A DNA stretch of 64,000 nt. Origin: Felis catus. Taxonomy: Eukaryota. The DNA lies in contig NC_058368.1 in the NCBI RefSeq assembly GCF_018350175.1, positions 107,944,001-108,008,000 on the forward strand, written 5' to 3'. A program made the translations under genes and the position numbers. The notes beneath the pieces were generated by a model that ran no database searches, was not told the origin of the DNA, and saw only the letters and a program-made list of their open reading frames with translations. Of this stretch, positions 39,230-50,447 are shown in pieces (position 1 is the first letter of the stretch; each line of letters begins with the position of its first letter).

Positions 39230-39507
39230 AAGGTGCTTTTATTATAGGGAGAGCACCCGTGGGCAGAAATAGCTGCACTGGGCTTGTGAGAAGTAACTGA
39301 TTATATAATTTTTAGCGGCAGTTAGGGATAACTTAAATCTCTAAGGAATGTGTGCATGTTAAAAGCAAGGTCTCCAAGCCTTTGGAGGGCTAGCTATTGT
39401 TAAGATAAGATTGCTTTTAGTCTTTAATGAAACATCAATAATAAGGCAGCCGTGATTTAAAAAGCTTCTAATAAAAATATATCTTGTCTCCTGTACCTGC
39501 TGTAGCA
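39230..39507 (-). mobile_element. Carnivore ERV LTR fragment
   Basis: gggcagaaatagctgcactggg...tgattatata...ggagggctagctattg. Confidence 0.5.
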
Positions 39508-39524
39508 ATAAAGATAGATGCTCT

Positions 39525-40240
39525 CGGTCACCAGGATTGGGCAGTTTTTCAGGCTAAACAATTCCCAGGATCTTCTTTCAATTTGTTTTTGGCTTCTGTA
39601 GATTCTTTACCTTCTTGCCATCTCGGCACCTAGTTAATATGATGGTTGTTATGTATTATTAAGAGCTTATTATTTAGCTTTTGTAGTCTTTTCATTAGCT
39701 GAATCCTTCGAATATCTAAGTGACAGGCTTGCCTTCCGTTTATCCCTAAACCAGACCCAGAATTTCCTGATTGTAGGACACACACATGACACAGGCTGAG
39801 GCAATCTTAGTCTCCAGTTTCTCTGGGCCAGTGATTGGTCCAGAAGGAGCATATGCCCCAAGTGGAGACAGAGACTTTCCCTGGGATTTTTCTAACCAGG
39901 GCCAGTAGGGGAGAGAGATTTCTTCCTTTCCTTGGTTTTGAGCAGCGAGGATGTAGGAAATCAGAATTTCCAGCACTGGTTTTTTCCACTGACATGGGAC
40001 AAAAGCCTGTTTGCTATAGGAGAGATTGAAGGCAAGCAGAGATCAGCAAAGATTTGAAATGGGTTGAAAAAGAGTGATAGAAAAGAGAACACTTTTGAAG
40101 TGTCAGGCTTCCAGTTCTAATTGCTAAGATCTTTGGAGCTTCATGAGTTCCTGGACTCCTTCCTTTGATTCTGTGACAAATCTAAATGTCCTTCTAATAA
40201 ATTCCTTGGTATGCTTAATTTAGTTTAAGTTGGATTTCTA
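39525..40240 (+). repeat. Left arm of inverted duplication (LTR33/LTR16-like ERVL LTR plus flank)
   Basis: Reverse-complement match to 48775-49485; 52-bp exact block 39909-39960 = 49067-49118. Confidence 0.9.
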
Positions 40241-40509
40241 GTACATTTAGCCAACTCCTTCTAATAAAGTATCATTTTTTGTTGCTCTGAATATATGTAA
40301 TATTGTAAACACTCAGTATTTTTACTGATACTCACAGAATGTTTTTTGTTCTTTTGTTATCTGAAGACCACTGTCTCTTTCAAATGGAATACTGACTGGC
40401 CACACTGCTATAGCATTACAGCATGGAATGTGGTCACACCATTGAGGTAGCTGAAAATGATATGGGAGTTATTTATTCACCCTGGCCTAAACCAGCACCT
40501 GGCTTTTGT

Positions 40510-40708
40510 TTTTCTTAAAGATTTTTAAAATATTTATTTATTTTTGGTAAAGTGCAAATGGCAGAGGGGCATAGAGAGAGAAACAGAGGATCTGAAGCAG
40601 GCTCTGTGCTGACAGGCTTACAGCAGCGAGCCTAATGTGAAGCTCAAACTCACAAACCATGAGATCCTGACCTGAGCCACTCAACCGACTGAGCCACTCA
40701 GGTGCCCC
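40510..40708 (-). mobile_element. CanSINE
   Basis: Antisense SINE. Confidence 0.9.
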
Positions 40709-40709
40709 T

Positions 40710-40813
40710 AAAGATTTTATCTTTAAGTAATCTCTATACCCAACTTGGGGCTCAAACTTACAACCCTGAGATCAAGAGTCACATGCTCTGACAACTGAGC
40801 CAACCAGGTGCAC
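40710..40813 (-). mobile_element. Short older CanSINE
   Basis: taagtaatctctatacccaacttggggctcaaacttacaaccctgagatcaagagtc. Confidence 0.85.
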
Positions 40814-40885
40814 CAGCACTCTATTTTTTTTAAATGAAAATAATGGGATGGCAAAGTTCCTACAAAATCAATGGTGGTAGAGTTT

Positions 40886-41038
40886 GTATCAGTCAGCATT
40901 CAATCAGTAGACAGAGACCACAGAGTAATTAAATAGGAAATTTTTAATACAATTATTAACTTGTAACAGGAGATTATAGCAACAGGGAATTGCCTACTAA
41001 GGGAGAGAACTTTAAAAATACAGCAGTAGCAGATATAA
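40886..41038. mobile_element. Old ERVL-type LTR terminal fragment
   Basis: tgtatcagtcagcattcaatcag...accacagagtaatt; truncated by L1. Confidence 0.45.
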
Positions 41039-41053
41039 GGATTCAAGACTTGT

Positions 41054-41268
41054 GGAGCGCCTGGGTGTCTCAGTCGGTTAAGATCTAACTCTCGGTTTCG
41101 GCTTAGGTCATGATCTTGCGATTTCATGAGTTCAAGCCCCACATCAGGCTTGTACTAGTAGTGTGGAGCCTACTTGGGATTCTCTCTCTCCCTCTCTCTG
41201 CCCCTCCCCCACTCACAATGTCTCTGTCTCTCTCAAACTAAATAAATAAACTTAAAAAGAAAAAAAAA
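41054..41268 (+). mobile_element. CanSINE
   Basis: TSD aagggattcaagacttg. Confidence 0.95.
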
Positions 41269-41761
41269 GGATTCAAGACTTGAATGTAAGACCTGAAACC
41301 ATAAAACTCCAAGAAGAAAACATAGAGGATAAGCTCCTTGACATTGGACTTGCATTGATGTTTTGGGTTTGACCCCATAGGCAAAAGCAACAAAAACAAA
41401 AATAAGTAAGTAAGACTACATCAAATTTAAAAGTTTCTGCACAGCAAAAAAAAAAAAAATTAACAAAATAAATAGTCTCAAAGAGATATATGCACCTCCT
41501 TGCTCATTGCAGCATTATTTACAATAGCCAACACATGGAAAGAGCCTTAGTGTCCCTTGACAGATGAATGGATGGATAGAAAATGTGGCATATATATATA
41601 CAGTGAAATATTATTCAGCCAAAAAAAAGGGTGTGTGTGTGGGGGGGGAATCCTGTCATTTGCAATTACAGGTTGGACCTTGAGGGCATTATGCTAAGTG
41701 AAACAAGTCAGATTGAGACAGACAGACAAGTACTGTATGATCTCACTCATATGTGTAATCT

Positions 41762-41852
41762 AAAAAAGAAGAAGAAGGAGGAGGAGGAGAAGGAGAAGGA
41801 GAAGAAGAAGGAGGAGGAGGAGGAGGAGGAGGAAGAGGGGGAGGAGGAGGAA
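41762..41852. repeat. Polypurine (GAA/GGA)n tract
   Basis: aagaagaagaaggaggaggag... Confidence 0.9.
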
Positions 41853-41854
41853 AG

Positions 41855-42040
41855 ACTGGGAGGCTCAGTTAAGCATCTGATCTCATGGTTTATGAGATCG
41901 AGCCCCAAGTGGAGCTCTGTGCTGACAGCACAAAGCCTGCTTGAGATTCTCTCTCTCTCCCTCTCTCTCTGCCCCTCCCCTGCACTCTCACTCACTCCCT
42001 CACTTATAAATAAACATTTAATTTAATTTATTTAAAAACA
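41855..42040 (+). mobile_element. CanSINE (degenerate head)
   Basis: SINE body, CT tract, A tail. Confidence 0.85.
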
Positions 42041-42049
42041 AGAAGAAGT

Positions 42050-42280
42050 GGGGCGCCTGGGTGGCTCAGTCAGTTGGGCGGCCGACTTCGGCTCAGGTCA
42101 TGATCTCACGGTCCGTGGGTTCGAGCCCTACGTCGGGCTCTGTGCTGACAGCTCAGAGCCTGGAGCCTGTTTCGGATTCTGTGTCTCCCTCTCTCTGACC
42201 CTGCCCCGTTCATGCTCTGTCTCTCTCTGTCTCAAAAATAAATAAACGTTAGAAAAATTTTTTTGAAAAAAAAATAAAAA
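42050..42280 (+). mobile_element. Young felid SINE
   Basis: CpG-rich; TSD aaaaacaagaagaag. Confidence 0.95.
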
Positions 42281-43249
42281 CAAGAAGAAGGAAAAGAAAA
42301 AGCAATTAGATTTGCAGTTACAAGAGATAGAGGGAAGGGGAGGAAGAATTGGATCAAGATAGTCAAAAGCTACAAACTTCTAGTTGCAAGTAGGAAGAAT
42401 ATAATGTACAATATGAGGAGAGTAAATCCTAGGAGTTCTCATCACATGGGAAAAAAACATGTTCTTTCTTTTCCCCTTTTTTTGTATCTCTATGAGATAA
42501 TGGATGTTAACTAAATTTATTATAATAATCATTTTACAATATAGTCCTATACTGTATGCCTTAAATTATTACAATGTTATATGTCAATTACATCTCAATA
42601 AAACTGGAAAAAAAAGAGTAGTTAAAATGATTTTTTCTAAGACTCAGGGGGACTTGAGGCTACTTAGAAACTTTGTTTGCAATTTCGGGATATATACATA
42701 TATGTCAGGAATGAAAGACAGATTTTTTTTAAAGGCCCAGCCAACCAAAATAAAACTCTAAACTGTAACACAGTATATGCCTAAGATGCCTTTTACTGAG
42801 AAAGTGTCTCCAAGAACATGTGAATATTATTGAATGGAGAGGAACTGGAAGGCCCACAGGATAAGGCAAGCAAGGCAGTATTGACCCAAGAAATAACACA
42901 AGGCTTGATTTGCAGGGGGTTACGCAAGGTTCTCAGTGGGCACCACAGGGAGAAAGGCTGGCTTGATCATCATGATGGAAAGGGGTTGAAATGAAAAAAG
43001 AAAAGAACCACTGAACAATTTGTGAGTGAAACAGTCTGACCATCAGTCTGGAAGGTGTTGGCTCTGTGAAATTGCTAGTTGGGTGAGGAATGGGGTTTTG
43101 CATAAGTCTAGCAACACATTTTGCATAAATGTCTGTATTTTACATAAACTCCTTTACAAGAGAATGCACTTCTGATCCTTGTAGAGAAAGAAAGGAACCG
43201 TAGAGCTGATGATCCTAAACAAGAACCCCAAATTTCCATCACTCTCAAT

Positions 43250-43464
43250 CAGTGGTTCTCATCCGGGGATGATTTTATTCCTGTGAAATTAATGGAAATG
43301 TCTGGAGGTATTTTTGGTTACCACAAATGGAGAAGGAGTGATACTGGCATCTAGTGGGAAGAGGCCAGAGATGCTGCTAAATATCCTATAATTCATAGGA
43401 CACCTGCAACAACATAGCATTATCTGGACCCAGATGTCAATAATGCCAAGCTTGAGAAACCCCA
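43250..43464 (+). mobile_element. MER20 (hAT-Charlie MITE)
   Basis: cagtggttctca...ctggcatctagtggg...gatgctgctaaatatccta...ttgagaaaccc. Confidence 0.9.
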
Positions 43465-43683
43465 CTTCAAATAACCTATTTGAGGAAGTGATTATTTATT
43501 TACTTTTCCTGATAGTTTATATAGCTTAAGCTAATTGCATTGGAACCCAACTGCTTAAACTTGGGAAAGAAATGAAAAATATATTTTATGCTATCCTTCA
43601 AATCTGTGGGAGAGCAAATTGTCCTGTAATAGAATTTTACTGCATTAAGCTTTGTTGCAGTCCATAAAGGCTAACCAACTGGT

Positions 43684-43685
<2 letters not shown>

Positions 43686-43748
<63 letters not shown>
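43686..43748. repeat. Compound (TG)n(AG)n microsatellite
   Basis: Seen directly. Confidence 0.95.
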
Positions 43749-43753
<5 letters not shown>

Positions 43754-44917
43754 TGAGGTTAATAGTACAAAAATATTGCATGAAAAAACAATTTGAGGTT
43801 TCATAATTTGTTGTGGGTAAGTTATGGCTTGGATGATAAATCTGATAATTTTGGTTTGATTGTCTTAACATTTCTTAGAGCCCATGACAGGTCAGGATAA
43901 TATTTCCAAGGAAGCCTAAAATTAATAAAATTTATTCCTTGAATTACAAGGTCTTTGGTTTTTGTTTTCCTTCTTCTTTTCAAGTATGGAACTAGGATAT
44001 TTTTTTCCCAGTGCACATGCTCAAGTCTCCTTCTTTGATGGGTAATTTTCACCTCAAAAACATCAAAAGGTTTTCCCACCCCGTCTACAACCAGAAAATT
44101 TGTAACCTATGTTTTCAGAGACTTTGAAATATAAACTACATCCAGCTGTAAGAGCAGCATAGAAATGGGTTGATTACAGTTTGAAAAATCAAGCTAGACC
44201 AACACAATCTCTGGCCAAGAAATTTATTTGATTCAACCATCCCATTGGTATCATGAGCTATTAAAAAATGAAGAGTCTCCCTGGCTGCAGAGTAAGTATA
44301 CTGATTCCCCACTTCCTTCAATTTCTGGAGACTTCTCAGAAATGTAAATGCACAGAGGAAGAAAATATAATAAATGTGTTCCCTTGGTGAGAGTGAAGGA
44401 AAAGTTCAGCAATAAATAACTCAGTGAGTTCATTGTAAATTCTTGAAACCTCTCTTCCAGCATCATATTCTTTTAAATGCAAACTCAAAGCAAAAAAAAA
44501 AAAAGAAAAAAGTTCATCTCAGGTTTGTCTTTTATGACAGCACTGTGGGAGGATTAATAAATGTTGTGAGATTTTTCCTGAAGAATAAAGGCACTTTACA
44601 CAGTGAATAAAAATAGTTTAAAAGATACAAATACCATTTGGTCAACATAAGTTTTGAATTTCCCCTAAGGTGAGTAGAGAGATAAAGGAGACAGCTAGGG
44701 TGACTAGTTAGTTGTTTAATTGTATTATTCCCCAAACATGAATGGCAGTTCAAGGGATCAGTTTTCACTATTAACTGACACTATACTTTCTCAATCTTCA
44801 CCCTCCCCATTTCTAATATCTTCTCCCCTCTAACGAACTTGATGCTTGAGAAGTAAACCTGGGAAAGCTTGCCACAGCTATTCACATATATTCTGCACCT
44901 AGATTTTTGAGGTGTAC

Positions 44918-45685
44918 TGTCGTGGACTCTGGGTCTGGAGTTCTCTCTTGTCCAGTAAGAGAGCGGGATGCAGGATTAAAAATGTGAGGGAGGCTAATGT
45001 CCGGGGGGAGACAAGAGCCCCGAGTAAAGGTCCTTGCTCTGTTTTCGTTAGGATCAGAAGGCTTACAAATGTGGTGATGGGCATGCACAAAGAGACAATG
45101 AAATCATGAACATTAACTCATGGGCGTGAGGAAAAGGGGGTTTTGAGGATATGCAGTGTTAGGGGTTTGGGTTAATACAAAACAAAATCCTGGCACCAGG
45201 CAGAAGGTTGTTTACAGCAGATGGAGGCACAACCTCTATTTACCTAAACTGGTCTAGGGAACAAAGACAGAGCATGCTACCTCAGGTTCAACAAGGCACC
45301 TTTCTTTTGCTAATTAGCTCCTCTCTGGACAGCTTCACCCCACAGCCCTATTTACCTGTTTACCCAATTTGGTCCTTCCTTGCTGTGAAAGCAGTTTTCT
45401 GCTATTGTACTAAGTTGGGGGCTGTTTCCTTCCTGAATACCTAATCTTATTTACCTCATCTTGGATGTTTTCATCCTGAGATTCCATATTCCTATACCTT
45501 TGTCCTATACAGGGACCTTGCCCCACTTTGCCTATAACTGGGGGACTTTGCCCCATTTACCTAATCTTATTTACCTACTCTTGTTTACCAAAACTTGGGT
45601 GTGTGCATCCTATGGTTTTCTAATTCTTTATGCCTTGTTAACCCATCTGTGCAAGCTCAGGGAATTCCTAAGCTTATTCCCCACA
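44918..45685 (-). mobile_element. Class II (betaretrovirus-like, ERV2) solo LTR
   Basis: TG...CA ends; minus strand starts TGTGGGGAATAAG; perfect 6-bp TSD gtgtac at 44912-44917 and 45686-45691. Confidence 0.85.
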
Positions 45686-46469
45686 GTGTACAGCACAGAG
45701 AAGGTTTCAGAACCACTGGTCCACATGATGGTTGTGCCCTGTGCTCTGTGTCCTGGGATCCTTGTGAACATTACCATCTCTACTGAACCTCTGTGTCAGA
45801 TAGAATAAGGCTTACTAGTTGATACTGTGTGATTTAAGCCTGTAGTCTTAAATGAAGGACCCCTGGAGCTGTTTTCTTCTTTTATTTTCTTTATCATTTT
45901 TTGTCATTAAAACCTACCTAAAACTCTCTTTGGCCTCAGGGAACTTGTACTTACTTATCTTGGGATGCAGCTGCAGCTGATCTCTAATTGTCTATATTTT
46001 CTCCTTCAGAATATTTACTAACATGTACCATTTAAACTTCTATATAAACCTTCCCAGGATATTTTTAAGCACATACCTCATTTACTTGGGAATTATTCCA
46101 AATTCTATAGAACCCAGTAAGATCTGCTAGTGTATGACTTAGGTTGGTCTTAGAGCTGAAAGCCTCAATTATCTAAAACATCTTTGAAGCTCCAATATAC
46201 TGTTTTATTGTATATCTGTCTCTTCTTTAATCTTTCTTGAAATTGATATATCTGGATTCATTAACTTTTTCCCACTCAGGAGAAAAATGAATTAGATAAA
46301 GTTGGAGAAGGAGTGACTGAGTGATATAAGCAAGGTGAATAGAACCCATATAGACAACTGAGACTTTTTTATATACATATATATATTTTTTCTTTCCATT
46401 GAGATTATTTTTAATGAGCAAACACTTGACAAGCATATAGTGAGTCCACAGGGTATGTAGACATATTTT

Positions 46470-46820
46470 TTCTTTCAATATAATCCATATGCCATAAAAT
46501 CCACCTTTTTAAAGTATACTGTTCAGGGGCACCTGAATGGCTCGGTAGGTTAAACTTCTGACTTCAGCTCAGGTCATGATTTCACAGTTCATGAGTTCAA
46601 GGCCTGTGTCGGGGTCTGTGCTGACAGCTCAGAGCTGCTTCGGATTCTGTGTCTCCCTCTCTCTCTTCCCCTCACCTGCTCACACTCTGTCTCTCTCAAA
46701 AATAAATAAACATTAAAATTTTTTTTTAAATAAAGTATACCATTCAGTAGTTTTCTAGCATATTTGCAAGGATGTGCACCATCACAACTATTTAATTCTG
46801 AAACATTTCATCATCTTAGA
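46470..46820 (-). mobile_element. L1MB-like 3' end fragment with nested SINE
   Basis: ccataaaatccaccttttt...cattcagtagttttctagcatatt... Confidence 0.7.
46527..46730 (+). mobile_element. CanSINE
   Basis: TSD aaagtatac. Confidence 0.95.
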
Positions 46821-46876
46821 TCTATTTTTGACCTTAAAAACTACTTTTGATTTGTAATGGCTTAAGAGGGACATAG

Positions 46877-47637
46877 TGTGGTAGGCAAAATAATACACAC
46901 ATACACACCCCCAAAGTCTACATCCTAATCCCCAGAGCCTGTGAATATGTTAGGTTGTGTGGAAAAGGAAGATTATGATTGCAAATGAAATTGAGGTTGA
47001 TAATCAGCTGACCTTGAAATGGGGAGATTATTCCAGATTATCTATGTGGGCCCATTGTAAATCACAAGTGTCCTTAAAAGTGAAACAAGGAAGGGGCGGC
47101 TGGGTGGCGCAGTCGGTTGAGCGTCCGACTTCAGCCAGGTCATGATCTCGCGGTCCGTGAGTTCGAGCCCCGCGTCGGGCTCTGGGCTGATGGCTCGGAG
47201 CCTGGAGCCTGTTTCCGATTCTGTGTCTCCCTCTCTCTCTGCCCCTCCCTCGTTCATGCTCTGTCTCTCTCTGTCCCAAAAATAAATTAAAAAAAAAAAA
47301 AAAAAACGTTGAAAAAAAAAGTGAAACAAGGAATCAGAAGAGTCTTTGTCAAAGTCAGAGAAGGAGATTTGATGAGGGAAGCAGAGGTCAAAATATTGCA
47401 GTTGCTGATATGCAGGTGACTAGAGATGTCAGGAGCCAAGGAATGCAGGTGACCTGTAGAAGGTGGAAAAGGCAGGCTCCCTTAGAGCCTCTAGAAGGAA
47501 TGCAGCCTTGTTAACATGTTGATTTTAGTACAGGAAAACCCATTTTCAACTTCTGACCTGTAAGATAAAGCTTTTGTGTTGTTTTAAGCCACTATATATG
47601 TGCTAATTTCTTACATCATCAATGGGAAACTAATACA
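46877..47637 (+). mobile_element. MaLR LTR (MLT1D-like) with nested SINE
   Basis: tgtggtaggc...atcctaatccccagagcctgtgaatatg...aatcagctgacctt...ggaaactaataca. Confidence 0.85.
47093..47320 (+). mobile_element. Young felid SINE
   Basis: CpG-rich, long A tail; TSD aaaagtgaaacaaggaa. Confidence 0.95.
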
Positions 47638-48166
47638 AATGGGGAAGGACAGTAGCTGGGAGAGTGAAGGAAGGAGGAAGAGAAAAAGACAGAGAGGCAC
47701 CATTAGGTACTGTTTCCATGTCCGATCCTTTTGATAATGCCCCAGGCTGATCAAGTGTCATCTCACTTGATCCTGTTGGTCCTTGAAAGAATGATTGAGA
47801 GTAGAGGCACTTTCCTCATATGCTCATAGATCCTTTGATGTGTTTTGCTTGGTTAGAGTTCGGGAGCTCCGTTAATGGTGATGTAAATGGACTTGAATCT
47901 TGACTGGTCTTGAGAGTTTACTGAGTCTTTCAGGGAGCTGTTGGGAAGTTGAGCTTGTTCATGATGAAGAACAAAGAGCCGCACATCTCCACTCCCCACC
48001 TGTCAACTTCAGTTCAGGTAAAGCTAACTTCGCAAGAGAAACCCCTTGACATCAAGTGGTAAGTAACTTGATTATAGTGCTGACTCTGTTTTGCCTATCA
48101 GCTGTTTAAAACTTCAAATCTGACAGACTTTAAAAGTGGAACACGTATACTAATGTATGTAATGTG

Positions 48167-48167
<1 letters not shown>

Positions 48168-48216
<49 letters not shown>
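48168..48216. repeat. (CT)n microsatellite
   Basis: Seen directly. Confidence 0.95.
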
Positions 48217-48217
<1 letters not shown>

Positions 48218-48774
48218 TTTTTTCGAGACAATGTTAAAAGGTTTTATAAAATCTGGTGTTAGTTTTTTTTCTAAAAGAAAAAATTAAATTATTCTTGAAA
48301 TTAATTTTTCACATTCACTTTCTAAAATATGTTAAATATTCAATCATGCTTCAAGATATCAAGTCTGCCAGAATTTTGCCAATGACTGGAAATGCAACAG
48401 AAAATGTAAGAAAGCAAATTCCTCCTAAATGTTAATTTGAATTTATAGCTGGTGAAGGCTCTGGATCGACAGGTTAGGGGCTGCAGGTTTAATTTTGTCT
48501 TTGATGTCATGGGAAAGATAGCCTCATCTCAGCTACCTTTGATTTAGCTTCTGAATCATGTGCCCTGTGCAGAGTTCATAACTAGATACTCTGATCCTGA
48601 ATCTCTAGCCCGAGAGCTATGCTGCTGAGTAGTTTTGCTTTGATATTAGAAGAGGTAACACATGATTGTTTTCAAAAACTGCCAGTCTCCAACAAGGTCA
48701 CACTGATAAAAATGTGGCTATAAAGCTGTCTCCTGAGTATCCCACAGTGCCTAGGCCCTGAGTCCCATAGGATA

Positions 48775-49485
48775 TCCACCCAACTGAATTAAGGAATTTG
48801 TAGGAAGGGTATTGAAATTCGTCACAGAATCAAAGGGAGGGTTATGGGGATTCATACAGCTCCAAGGATCTCAGCAATGGGAACTGGAAACCTGATACTT
48901 CCAAAGTAGTCTTCCACCCCGCACCTCCCACCCCCACCCCCACCCCCTGTCACTCTTTTTCAACCCATCTCTAATGCTTGCTGATCTCTGCTTGCCTTCA
49001 ACCTCTCCTATAGCAGACATACCTTTGCCCCATGGCAGGGGTAAAAATGAGTGCTGGAAATTCTGGTTTCCTACATCCTCGCTGCTCAAAACCAAGGAAA
49101 GGAAGAAATCTCTCTCCCATATTGGCTTTGGTTAGAAAAATCCCGGGGAATGTCTCTGATTGTCTCCACTTGGGGCACATGCTCCGCCTGAACCAATCAC
49201 TGACCCAGAGAAATTGGAAACTAAGATTGCCTCAGCCTGTGTCATGTGTCCATCCCATGATCAGGAGATTCTGTGTCTATCACAAGGATAAATGGAGAGT
49301 AACCATGTTGGTTAGATGTTCTAAGACTCTCCCAATGAATTTACTAAAAAAGCTAAATAATACTAACAGTCACCATATTGAATGAGTTGCTGAGACTGCA
49401 AGAAAGTAAGGAATCTGTAGAAGCCAAAAAGAAAGATAGAATCCTGGAGGTGATTAACCCTGAAAGACTCTGTGCAACCCTGGAC
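48775..49485 (-). repeat. Right arm of inverted duplication
   Basis: Reverse complement of 39525-40240; carries an extra C-rich insert at ~48915-48946. Confidence 0.9.
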
Positions 49486-49539
49486 AGAACTAGAACTTCA
49501 AGGTGTATCTTCAAACAAGCATACAAAGTGAAGGAAACA

Positions 49540-49878
49540 GAAGATTGAAGCAATCTAGGCTAGCAGCATCAGAGCTGTTATCAAACCTCAAAAGGGTGAG
49601 GGGAGGGAAAGAACCCCAGAGAAGAAACAGTCATAAAAGAGTAGGCCACATCAAGAGAAGCAAGGGTCTTCATTGAGGAACATAGGTCTTACAGGAAAGA
49701 ATCCAAGTGAATAATTAGCCTAACCTCACTCTCTTTCTCTGGTGTTCAGCTGAGTGTTGGTCAAACCCTGTTGAAGACACAGGGCATGGGAACCCTGTTG
49801 AAGTAATCCATTCAGATTAGCCATCTAGGATAGAGTATAAGGTGAATATGTATGAGCAAACAGAAGACATCCGGCACA
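49540..49878. mobile_element. Old ERVL/MaLR-type LTR fragment
   Basis: Ends gcaaacagaagacatccggcaca. Confidence 0.45.
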
Positions 49879-49884
49879 TGTACA

Positions 49885-50447
49885 TTCCCAGTGAACTTCT
49901 AACCTTTCCTCCATTCCCACCTCTTCACAGTAGCCAGAATGATCTTTCAAAGTAAAATCCACTTCCTACCATAACCCAGATTAAAACCCTCTAGGTCTTC
50001 CCATTCTTTTCTACCTTCTCCTTCAGGGTTCTCTCAACAAAATTTGGATCCCACCTTTCTCTCCAACCTGGCTAGTTTCACTTTTTCCCTTAAGATCTTT
50101 ACACTAACTGTTTGATCTGTTGGAGAATCTCTTCTTTGATTCTTCATATGTCTGGCTTCTTTACAGCCCTCAAGTCTCAGCCCAAATGTCACCTCCTCAG
50201 GGAAGTCTTCCATGACCACCCTACTGCAATGCTTGGTTATTTCCTTAAATAACACATAAAACAGTGTGCAATTATTTTACTTATCCACTTGTCTACTTGC
50301 CTATAATCTGTCTTACCTGCTAGAACATAAGATCATTGAAGATAAGGAATGTTCTTACCTTGTTCACTATTTTATTCCCAGTTAATACCATGGTGCTTAG
50401 CATGAAGTAGGTGCTCAGGAATTATTTTTTGAATGAATGAATGAATG
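49885..50447 (+). mobile_element. L2 3' end
   Basis: cacagtagccagaatgatcttt...aatgtcacctcctcaggg...tgaatgaatgaatgaatg. Confidence 0.85.

Larger units (their letters stand above)
41040..42615 (+). mobile_element. L1 3' portion with three nested SINEs
   Basis: aagacttgaatgtaagacctgaaaccataaaactcc...; ends catctcaataaaactggaaaaaaa. Confidence 0.9.

Noticed and set aside
41631..42026. 131-aa ORF with poly-K/E tract
   Set aside because: L1 end plus polypurine microsatellite plus SINE.
47749..47772. 9-bp perfect hairpin GATCAAGTG-N6-CACTTGATC as a miRNA or structured RNA
   Set aside because: Stem too short for a pre-miRNA; stems of this length are expected by chance in 64 kb.
39746..49385. Near-identical short ORFs on opposite strands (HPRCSKPRKGRNLSP) suggesting paralogous peptides
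   Set aside because: By-product of the inverted duplication of LTR-derived DNA; the frames are not preserved between arms (indels).
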